From Candidatus Cloacimonadales bacterium (GTDB taxonomy: Bacteria; Cloacimonadota; Cloacimonadia; Cloacimonadales; JAFGVF01): DNA of 64,000 bases. Position numbers and translations under genes: made by a program. Shown here in pieces: positions 28,692 through 35,968 of the stretch (position 1 is its first letter; each line of letters starts with the position of its first letter). The stretch is from NCBI GenBank assembly GCA_963678315.1, contig OY782781.1:2123845-2187844 (forward strand), read 5' to 3'. The notes below the pieces were generated by a model that had not been told where the DNA came from, did not search any database, and worked only from the letters and a program-made list of their open reading frames with translations.

Positions 28692-29612
28692 GTATTCATC
28701 ACTTAGGTTGAACTCTGTTGATGCTTACGCTAAAGGCTACATCCAAATACAAGCAAGATGCTTGTACACCTAGAAAACTTTCGTAGCCAAGGATGGCTAC
28801 AATCCACACAATCTGATGGAGTGTAAGCATCCACCGTTTAGGTTGAACTCTGTTCATGTTTACGTAAAAGGCTAAACCCAAATAAGCAAGATGCTTATGC
28901 ACCCAGAAAACCTTCGTAGCCAAGGATGGCTACAATCCATTTAATCTGATGGAGTGTAAGCATCCACCGTTTAGGTTGAACTCTGTTCATGTTTACGCTA
29001 AAGGCTACATCCAAATATAAGCAAGATGCTTGTACACCTAGAAAACTTTCGTAGCCAAGGATGGCTACAATCCACACAATCTGATGGAGTGTAAGCATCC
29101 ACCGTTTAGGTTGAACTCTGTTCATGCTTACGCTAAAGGCTACATCCAAATACAAGCAAGATGCTTGCAACCCAAAAGACAATCGTAGCCAAGGATGGCT
29201 ACAATCCATTTAATCTGATGGAGTGTAAGCATCCACCGCTTAGGTTGAACTCTGTTCATGCTTACGCTAAAGGCTACATCCAAATACAAGCAAGATGCTT
29301 GCAACCCAAAAGACAATCGTAGCCAAGGATGGCTACAATCCATTTAATCTGATGGAGTGTAAGCATCCACCGTTTAGCTTGAACTCTGTTCATGCTTACG
29401 CAAAAGGCTACATCCAAATACAAGCAAGATGCTTATGCACCCAGAAAACCTTCGTAGCCAAGGATGGCTACAATCCATTTAATCTGATGGAGTGTAAGCA
29501 TCCACCGCTTAGGTTGAACTCTGTTCATGCTTACGCTAAAGGCTAAATCCAAATACAAGCAAGATGCTTGCAACCCAAAAGACAATCGTAGCCAAGGATG
29601 GCTACAATCCAT
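28692..29612. repeat. Tandem array of ~7 copies of a 134/135-bp non-coding unit containing three conserved hairpins
   Basis: Unit starts (TCTGATGGAG) at 28811, 28945, 29080, 29214, 29348 and 29483, giving periods 134, 135, 134, 134, 135, plus a degenerate first unit from ~28692. Hairpins: GTAAGCAT-N25-ATGCTTAC, CAAGCA-aga-TGCTTG, GTAGCC-aaggat-GGCTAC. The period is not a multiple of 3. Confidence 0.95.
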
Positions 29613-29644
29613 GAAAACAACTTACCAAGCCAAGAATGAGTATA

Positions 29645-29669
29645 CCAGAGTGCGGTTTAGACACTCTGG
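29645..29669 (-). terminator. Hairpin downstream of the oxidoreductase operon (possible terminator)
   Basis: 8-bp stem CCAGAGTG / CACTCTGG, 26 nt after the stop at 29695. On the minus strand it is followed by TATACTCATTCTT, which is only moderately T-rich. Confidence 0.45.
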
Positions 29670-29694
29670 CATTTAACTCTGTATTTAAATATTA

Positions 29695-30846
29695 TTATTT
29701 GAAAGCTTCCATACCTGAGAAGTCTCTGTATAAGCTGAAGCTTTGTAGTATCTTTTCATCATCAGCTGTAGTCTTGTTCATAGCGATTCTAGCTAGAAGT
29801 TCACCTAAACCAGGTCCTAACATGAAACCTTGTCCGCACATACCGACAGCATTAATATAGTTTTTAATTTCTTTGGTTCTGCCAACAATTGGGAAACCAT
29901 CAGGAGTCATAGGATATTGTCCTCTCCAAGTTCTTCTTAGTTTTAAGAATTTAAGTCTTGGGTAAATGCCTAACATTCTTTTTGTTACAAGTGGCAAGAA
30001 TTCTGAAGTTGATAGATTATTCACTCCCACTATTGGAGGATCTGGTGTAATACAGAAGACTACTTGTCCTTCATGGTTTTGGTAGAAGTAATAATTTGCA
30101 GAACCTGGAGCTTTACGCATGTCAATAACCATAGGTTCAAAGAATCTTTGAACAGGTTCAGTAATGCCAGCTTCATGATTATCAGGGAAAACAGGAAGAT
30201 CTAAGTCAATCATTTGACCAAGTTCTCTGGCATTGTTACCTGAAGCATTAATTAACTCATCACATTCATAAGCATCTTTATCGGTAGTGACTTGTTTGAT
30301 TAAATTACCTTCTCTCACAATATCAATTACTTTCTCATTAAAATGGAATTCAGCACCATTCTCTTCTGCTTTGAAATGGAAAGCAGACATAGCTAAAAGA
30401 GGAGAACACGATCCATCTTCCGGACTAAAAGTAGAACCTTTAAGTCCATCCATATTGATACCAGGAACAAGTTCATTATATCTTTCAGGGCTTACCCATT
30501 CGATATTTAATCCCATTTCTTGAAGAGATTTAACCATGTTTTGAAGTTTTTCAGCATCTTGGTCATTCCATGCAGGATATGAGTATCCATTGGATCTCCA
30601 ACCTATATCAAAGTTGTGTTTTTCTTTCCAAGTAGAAAAAATCTCAATTGAACGCTGACAAACAGATAGTTTACCATAATCTGAATGAGTAGCTCTTACG
30701 CCACCAATAGCTTTTTTATTATTAGCTTGTCCTGGACCAGACATTTCATCTAAAACTAGAACCTTCTTACCTTCTTCAGCTAAAAACATAGCAGTAGGAA
30801 CACCCACTGAACCAGCACCAATTATAATTACATCATATCTTTTCAT
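29695..30846 (-). CDS. FAD-dependent oxidoreductase, sarcosine-oxidase-beta / L-proline-dehydrogenase-beta-like (DAO family)
   Basis: Start moved to MKRYDVIIIGAGSVGVP (ATG 30846; RBS AAGGAG overlapping the upstream stop). GxGxxG dinucleotide fold at the N-terminus. DAO-family length (~383 aa). Confidence 0.8.
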   Translation of the reverse strand: MKRYDVIIIGAGSVGVPTAMFLAEEGKKVLVLDEMSGPGQANNKKAIGGVRATHSDYGKLSVCQRSIEIFSTWKEKHNFDIGWRSNGYSYPAWNDQDAEKLQNMVKSLQEMGLNIEWVSPERYNELVPGINMDGLKGSTFSPEDGSCSPLLAMSAFHFKAEENGAEFHFNEKVIDIVREGNLIKQVTTDKDAYECDELINASGNNARELGQMIDLDLPVFPDNHEAGITEPVQRFFEPMVIDMRKAPGSANYYFYQNHEGQVVFCITPDPPIVGVNNLSTSEFLPLVTKRMLGIYPRLKFLKLRRTWRGQYPMTPDGFPIVGRTKEIKNYINAVGMCGQGFMLGPGLGELLARIAMNKTTADDEKILQSFSLYRDFSGMEAFK

Positions 30847-30850
30847 AATG

Positions 30851-32926
30851 CTACTCCTTGTCCTTTCCGGCTGCAAATACTTCTAGTTGTGCTTCAACGA
30901 AAACAGGTCTTTTAGTATTTGGTACAACATGGTCAGTTGGAACACCCTCTTGACGCATGATTTGTTTAATCATAACTTCACAAGTTTTTGCACCACAAGG
31001 GCCCATTCCTGCTCTGGTGATAGCTTTCAATTGATTAAGGTCATATATTCCTTTCTTGATAAGATCACGAACTTCTTTGACAGTTACCCTTTCACATAAA
31101 CAAACCATTCCTTCATCAGATAGGTCTTCAACTATGGCATTGTCTAGAGCTTTGGTTATCTCTAAATCTTGTATTCTAAAAGAAGCTACCTTTTTAGCAA
31201 TCTCTCTATTGGCTTGAACTTTAATTAATTGAGTTCTTTGTTTTGCAAAAGATTGAACTTTTACTACTGGGAATTGACCAAACTCATTACCGTTAATGTC
31301 ATTTAATTTAACTAAAGCACCTTCTTTAATTTCTATGTTTCCTACTTCATAAGGAAGAGTGATAATAGGTTTTTCTTTATCCTTACGGTAATCAACAAGT
31401 GTTATTGCTAGACCTGGACAGATAAGAACGCACTTTCCACAGCCAATACAGTCACTAGTATATCTTGGAGTTCCCATAATACCATCACCGTCTATCTTGA
31501 TAGCGTTAACTGGACAAACAGTTGTACATGGGTTACATGGGATTTCTTGTAAACAATGAATTACAGGGAATATTCCTTCTTCTATATCAGGAGTGTTATA
31601 ATCTTTGATTTTGCCAGGATGTGATTTTAAAATATTAGCTTTATCATACCAGTCCTGAGGAACATCATCAACATTAGCTCCCATAATCTTACATATCTTC
31701 AAACCAGCAATTTTACCATTAAACATTGCAGAAGAAGCTTCAGCTATTTCAAGAGCATCTCCAGCTGCCATAACAGGTAGACCTGCTTCCTGAGCTTCTT
31801 GAGTAAACTCACTTAAAGAATCTAAACCAACAGCCATAAGAATAGTATCACACTCGAAACTCTTTTCAGTACCCTTGATAGCTTGGAATTTATCATCAAC
31901 TTCTATTATAGTAATCCCTTCAACAGTCTCATCACCATTAGCACTTGCAATACTATGAGAAGTGTAAATAGGAACACCTAATCTCTTTAGTTTATCAGCA
32001 TGAACCTTATAACCACCGCATTGTTTTGCAGCTTCAACAAGTCCAACAACATTGATGCCAGCCTGTAAAGCATGGTAACCTGCAATTAGTCCAACATTAC
32101 CACCACCAACAATAAATAACTTTTCGGTAGGTTTAACAAAATCTCTGTTAACTAAAGTCTGAAAAGCACCTGCACCATAAATACCAGCTAAAGTATTACC
32201 ATTGAAACGTAAGAACTTCTCTCTAGCTCCAGCTGCATTTAACACAAATTTAGGACTAACTAATTTATAAACGCCATCCTTTAAAATACCAACCTTCTTA
32301 TCGCTAAATACATATAATACTGTGGAATTTACCCATACCTCAATAGAATCCATTGCCATAACTTCATCAGCTAGGATTTGTCCAATATCATTTCCTCTAG
32401 TACCAGCTCTTGAATCAGCTTGTGAACCGAAGAATTTATGGGTTTGTAAAACTAATTTACCACCTAATTTATCTTTATCATCAATGATTAATGCCTTGAT
32501 ACCCTCTTTGCCCATTTCTATTCCAGCAGAAAGACCAGCAGGTCCACCACCGATAATTAAGACATCAGTTGTTAATTCTTCAATATTAGCTACACTTATA
32601 GTATCATCTGTTTCAGGTAAGCTAGGTAAGCCTTCTGCACTTTCAACAATCATGTTTTCCTTAACAGGTGTCATACATGATTTAACAGGTATACCGTTAG
32701 CTATTACTGTACATTTTGCACATTGTCCATTTGCACAGAATATACCTTGAGCAGTATTGTCTACATGATGATGACCAAAAGCTTTTACTCCATTTGCCAT
32801 TAAGGCTGAAGCAATCATTTCTCCCTTACGAGCTTTAAATAATTGTTTGTTCCAATAAAAATTGATGTACTCATTAGTTTCCGGAACATCTAGGACCGGA
32901 TGTTTTTTTATACGTTTTTCCATCAT
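30851..32926 (-). CDS. Multi-cluster flavoprotein alpha subunit: 2Fe-2S + FAD/NAD(P) pyridine-nucleotide-disulfide oxidoreductase + 2x[4Fe-4S] ferredoxin + BFD-like 2Fe-2S
   Basis: Start preferred at MMEKRIKKHP (32926; RBS GGGAGA). Motifs: CANGQCAKCTV..C (Fer2_4-like), DVLIIGGGPAGLSAG, LFIVGGGNVGLIAG, CNPCTTVCP and CIGCGKCVLICP, and C-terminal CLCERVT..GPCGAKTC (BFD-like). Confidence 0.8.
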   Translation of the reverse strand: MMEKRIKKHPVLDVPETNEYINFYWNKQLFKARKGEMIASALMANGVKAFGHHHVDNTAQGIFCANGQCAKCTVIANGIPVKSCMTPVKENMIVESAEGLPSLPETDDTISVANIEELTTDVLIIGGGPAGLSAGIEMGKEGIKALIIDDKDKLGGKLVLQTHKFFGSQADSRAGTRGNDIGQILADEVMAMDSIEVWVNSTVLYVFSDKKVGILKDGVYKLVSPKFVLNAAGAREKFLRFNGNTLAGIYGAGAFQTLVNRDFVKPTEKLFIVGGGNVGLIAGYHALQAGINVVGLVEAAKQCGGYKVHADKLKRLGVPIYTSHSIASANGDETVEGITIIEVDDKFQAIKGTEKSFECDTILMAVGLDSLSEFTQEAQEAGLPVMAAGDALEIAEASSAMFNGKIAGLKICKIMGANVDDVPQDWYDKANILKSHPGKIKDYNTPDIEEGIFPVIHCLQEIPCNPCTTVCPVNAIKIDGDGIMGTPRYTSDCIGCGKCVLICPGLAITLVDYRKDKEKPIITLPYEVGNIEIKEGALVKLNDINGNEFGQFPVVKVQSFAKQRTQLIKVQANREIAKKVASFRIQDLEITKALDNAIVEDLSDEGMVCLCERVTVKEVRDLIKKGIYDLNQLKAITRAGMGPCGAKTCEVMIKQIMRQEGVPTDHVVPNTKRPVFVEAQLEVFAAGKDKE

Positions 32927-33256
32927 AGTCTCCCAAATTGGATATATTTTTCCAAAATTGTGATTATTTTGAAGAAGTGTCAAGTGGAAAGTAGAAAATT
33001 ATGATTATAAGTTAACAATCTTTAGGATTCGGAGTCTTGATAAAGTCAAGACTCTTTGTTTTAGCTTTATTTTTACAAAAATAAATCGATAATAGATTAG
33101 TTAAAACTTTAGTCGAAGACGTATTGTAATACTTCGAGTGCTAAAGATTTAGCTAAGATATGTCGAATCTAAAAATGCTCGACATTTATGTTAACTAGCT
33201 TGCTATTTTCAACACCATGCCTTTTGTTAAAAGTCTGAGTCATTTTAATATAACAA

Positions 33257-33625
33257 TTATTTTAGTTTTTCGGATAAGGCAATACGATTCCCTTCCGAAT
33301 CCTTAAATTCTGCAACATAACCAAACTCGCCTACTGATGTCTTTGGATAGATTCCCTCTCCACCATTTAAAACAGCCTTCTGTAAAGTCTCATCTATACT
33401 ATCAGTGTTGAAATAAATAAACACTCCAGATAGTGTAGGCTTATAAACATCTCCTTTTACTAGAGCACCTGTAATTCCATCCTCCTTTCTATCAAATGGA
33501 AAGAAGGCCATCTCTAAACCATCAACATTATCAAGAATGAAGTCATAGCCAAAGACTTCTTTATAAAAATGCATGGCTCTTTCTAAATCTAAAACAGGTA
33601 TTTCAAAGTATCTATAAAGTGACAC
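33257..33625 (-). CDS. VOC/glyoxalase-family protein
   Basis: 122 aa with a GTG start. FEIPVLDLERAMHFYKEVFGYDF and a C-terminal FKDSEGNRIAL beta-alpha-beta-beta-beta pattern. Confidence 0.8.
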   Translation of the reverse strand: MSLYRYFEIPVLDLERAMHFYKEVFGYDFILDNVDGLEMAFFPFDRKEDGITGALVKGDVYKPTLSGVFIYFNTDSIDETLQKAVLNGGEGIYPKTSVGEFGYVAEFKDSEGNRIALSEKLK

Positions 33626-33700
33626 CCAACTTTTCCATCTGCAATAACGATGTTCTAATCTTTTAAAGTCTTATTTTTTAGTATCTTGCACCTATTTTAC

Positions 33701-33980
33701 ATCGTTTTTTCAAAATTTCCATTTTAAACGCTTTCGAGGTACATTTCTGCCGTTCAGATTACAGTTTTACAGGAGCTTTGTAGGTGTGGAAATATGGGTG
33801 TCATCTCTAAAGCATTATAGATTAGTAGTTTATGGACTATTTTATTTTAGGGTTGAACTGAAATCGTTTTTTTTCGTTTTTTCAGGGTGAAAAAGCGATT
33901 TCGATGTCTCATTTTAGGTGAAATAGCGTAAAAACGATTTTGAGATTGTGACAGTGTTATTTCCATTTTGCAAAAACGAT
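33701..33980. repeat. Cluster of short direct/inverted repeats at the prophage left end (candidate transposase end-binding sites)
   Basis: ATCGTTTTT at 33701 and 33863, CGTTTTTT at 33875. Inverted AAAAACGAT at 33930 and 33972, AAAAGCGAT at ~33891. ATTTCCATTTT at 33715 and 33959. GTGAAA(A/T)AGCG twice (33887, 33919). Confidence 0.6.
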
Positions 33981-34039
33981 AAAAGTGGTACCTTTTTTTT
34001 TCATATTATCACATCAGATTATTTATCATAATATTTCTA

Positions 34040-34069
34040 TTGACATATCGAATACTAGGGTGCTATATA
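34040..34069 (+). promoter_or_regulatory. Sigma70-like promoter for ORF 34097-34738
   Basis: TTGACA (34040-34045), 18-nt spacer, TATATA (34064-34069). Followed by RBS AAGGAGG and the ATG at 34097. Confidence 0.55.
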
Positions 34070-34096
34070 TCTAATGTATTCACATAAGGAGGTAAT

Positions 34097-34738
34097 ATGA
34101 GTCTACAATCAATTGTTAATGAAATTTATTTACAAGACAGTATCAGAGTTGAAATTGACTTATGGTTAACAGGTCAGTGGTCTTTACAAAGAAAAAGAAA
34201 AAAAGAATCGATTACTTTTAGAAATTTTAAGTATAGAGATCTTTGGCGTGAATCTAATTTAAGTATTGATTCATTGAGATCATTGTTATATAAAAACTTA
34301 ACAAAAGAAGTTAACAATGAAATAAACAAGCCAATCATCGAAGAGGCTAGTGAATACTTAAAAAGTATTTATAGTAAATATACTGATCAATACATTAGAA
34401 ATGAAGTTTTATTCCAGATTTTTAAAAACTATTGCTTTGAAGTTAAAATAACACTTTCTGAAGTTTTGAAATGTTTAACTGATAAGGACTGCAATCTGAT
34501 TCTTTCAAAATTATCTTTTGGAGAAATTAAGGAAGAAAATCAAACAATCATAATGAGTTATAACTTGGTTGAGAATAATGAAATTGTTGATGAGCATATA
34601 TTCACTATCGGTAAACATATATTTACATTGCTTAAAGATAAGTGCAATAAAATTACATTTGATGAATTAGAAAATGAAGACCCTAACGAAGATACTTTAA
34701 AGAGATCAGAAAAATTTTCATGTCATAATGATTATTAA
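34097..34738 (+). CDS. Hypothetical protein at prophage left end (moron-like), no recognisable domain
   Basis: 213 aa with a strong RBS AAGGAGG and its own promoter. Sits between the prophage end repeats and the repressor gene. Confidence 0.7.
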   Translation: MSLQSIVNEIYLQDSIRVEIDLWLTGQWSLQRKRKKESITFRNFKYRDLWRESNLSIDSLRSLLYKNLTKEVNNEINKPIIEEASEYLKSIYSKYTDQYIRNEVLFQIFKNYCFEVKITLSEVLKCLTDKDCNLILSKLSFGEIKEENQTIIMSYNLVENNEIVDEHIFTIGKHIFTLLKDKCNKITFDELENEDPNEDTLKRSEKFSCHNDY

Positions 34739-34831
34739 AACTAATGATCAAAAAACTAAATAACATATCTTAGCTAGGCGTTTAATTCATACAACTAGAG
34801 CTCTAGCTAGGATATTGTTACAAAAATATTA

Positions 34832-35560
34832 TTAAATCACCCTAAACAAGAATACCATCTCACCTAAGATCCTGAAAGTCTCAAGTTCGTACTCTTCTAT
34901 TATTATTACATCAAAATCTGGATTTAAAGGTTTCAGGATAACCCTCTTCTTCTCATTATCGAATTGTAGCTTTTTAAGTGTCACTCCATCTGGAGTCTGA
35001 CAAGCACTAATCTTGCCATCAAGACAAGGAATATCCATACTCTCTTTGATTACGACTATATCCCCATGCATAATTTTAGGCTCCATACTCCTGCCATTAA
35101 TTTTGAGAGCAATATACTTATCCTGGCTGTCTGAAAGATATGCTTTAGGTATCTCAATATATTTTGATGGAGACTCATCATAACATTCTAATGGTTGACC
35201 TGCTGAAATCTCTCCATATATTGGGAGAGTAATATTTCTAGAATCGAATAGATTTAACTTATGTTTAAAAACAGAATTATTACCTGTTAACTCTTCAATG
35301 TTCTTTTTTTGACCTTCTCCATATAGATTGCCATCAGCATCAGCAACAAACATTCCACCTTTGCCAGTTAACAACCAATTTAAGTTCAAACCATAGCATT
35401 CATTTATTCTCGCCATGGCAGATGCCGAAGGTTTACTTGCTTTTTTTCTGTTCACCCAATCAGAAAGATTTCCTGGGGTTACCTCAATAGTTTTAGCAAA
35501 ATCGGATCGCTTTATGTCTAGTGCATTTACGAACATTAACAGCCTATCTTTTATGTCCAT
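34832..35560 (-). CDS. Prophage repressor: HTH (XRE-like) + S24 LexA-like autopeptidase
   Basis: Start preferred at MDIKDRLL (ATG 35560; RBS AGGAGA 5 nt upstream). HTH segment RSDFAKTIEVTPGNLSDWVNRKK. S24 Ser motif GRSMEP and Lys segment GVTLKKL. Confidence 0.88.
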   Translation of the reverse strand: MDIKDRLLMFVNALDIKRSDFAKTIEVTPGNLSDWVNRKKASKPSASAMARINECYGLNLNWLLTGKGGMFVADADGNLYGEGQKKNIEELTGNNSVFKHKLNLFDSRNITLPIYGEISAGQPLECYDESPSKYIEIPKAYLSDSQDKYIALKINGRSMEPKIMHGDIVVIKESMDIPCLDGKISACQTPDGVTLKKLQFDNEKKRVILKPLNPDFDVIIIEEYELETFRILGEMVFLFRVI

Positions 35561-35589
35561 TTCATCTCCTATGTTAAGCACAACTTAAT

Positions 35590-35660
35590 ATTCGCATGTG
35601 TGCATAGTTATGCGAATGACTGAATTCTTTCCTTGACTTCATTCGCATTTATATTATACT
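35590..35660. promoter_or_regulatory. Lysogeny-switch region: palindromic operator plus early promoter
   Basis: ATTCGCAT (35590-35597) -N12- ATGCGAAT (35610-35617). A third ATTCGCAT half-site (35641-35648) lies inside the 16-nt spacer of TTGACT (35633-35638) / TATACT (35655-35660), which faces the Ner-like gene. Confidence 0.65.
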
Positions 35661-35723
35661 AACTTTAAATATACATTCTTTGCAACATTGCGAACAGTGT
35701 CAATAAAAATTTAGGAGGTTCGG

Positions 35724-35966
35724 ATGAGATCACCGTACTATCCAGCTGAAATAAAGTCAGCTATGTCTCTTAAAAGCATTACTATTAGGGAAATGGCTGA
35801 ACAGCTTTTGGTCTCCAGGAGAACTATAGAATATTTTATTAATGAAGGTCGTAGACTAAGACAAGCACAGGTTTTCTTAGAATTACTACAGCCTGAGCTT
35901 CGCGAAATCAGTAAAATCTATCGCAAACACACTAACAAAGATATTATAAGCTCTGAAAAGAGATAG
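35724..35966 (+). CDS. Ner/Cro-like small HTH regulator
   Basis: 80 aa. HTH ITIREMAEQLLVSRRTIEYFIN. First gene of the early operon, divergent from the repressor. RBS AGGAGG. Confidence 0.75.
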   Translation: MRSPYYPAEIKSAMSLKSITIREMAEQLLVSRRTIEYFINEGRRLRQAQVFLELLQPELREISKIYRKHTNKDIISSEKR

Positions 35967-35968
35967 TT

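Noticed and set aside
28584-28700. TPP (THI-box) riboswitch upstream of the MTH1187-family gene.
   Set aside because: The minus-strand leader lacks CUGAGA and the ACCUGAUCUGGAUAAUGCCAGCG core. There are only loose resemblances (GACCUUGACCAAUGCC).
28811-29500. Hammerhead-like core at each unit start (CUGAUGGAG).
   Set aside because: The conserved CUGANGA box is not matched (G instead of A at the last purine). No GAAA box or three-stem junction could be placed, and no other small-ribozyme core was recognisable.
28699-29546. Track ORFs 28699-28923(-), 28895-29209(-), 29140-29343(-) and 29295-29546(+), which give repetitive peptides (e.g. ...QASCLYLDVAFSVSMNRVQPKRWMLTLHQI...).
   Set aside because: They lie entirely in the 134/135-bp tandem array. 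The period is not a multiple of 3, so frames drift between units. There are no RBSs, and the peptide repetition is simply the DNA repeat translated.
28692-29612. CRISPR array interpretation of the tandem repeats.
   Set aside because: There is no repeat-spacer alternation. The whole 134-nt unit is repeated, and the only variable segment exists in just three alleles. No cas genes are in the window.
28692-29612. Replication origin or DnaA-box cluster (AATCCACAC in units 1 and 3 resembles TTATCCACA).
   Set aside because: The box-like sequence is present in only two units (the others read AATCCATTT), matches 7 of 9 positions, and no dnaA, dnaN or AT-rich unwinding element is adjacent.
33851-33862. 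GGTTGAACT in the prophage end region also occurs in the loop of hairpin H1 of the tandem units (TAGGTTGAACTC).
   Set aside because: The shared string is only about 10-12 nt in AT-rich DNA with no flanking similarity. I treat it as chance unless a genome-wide search says otherwise.
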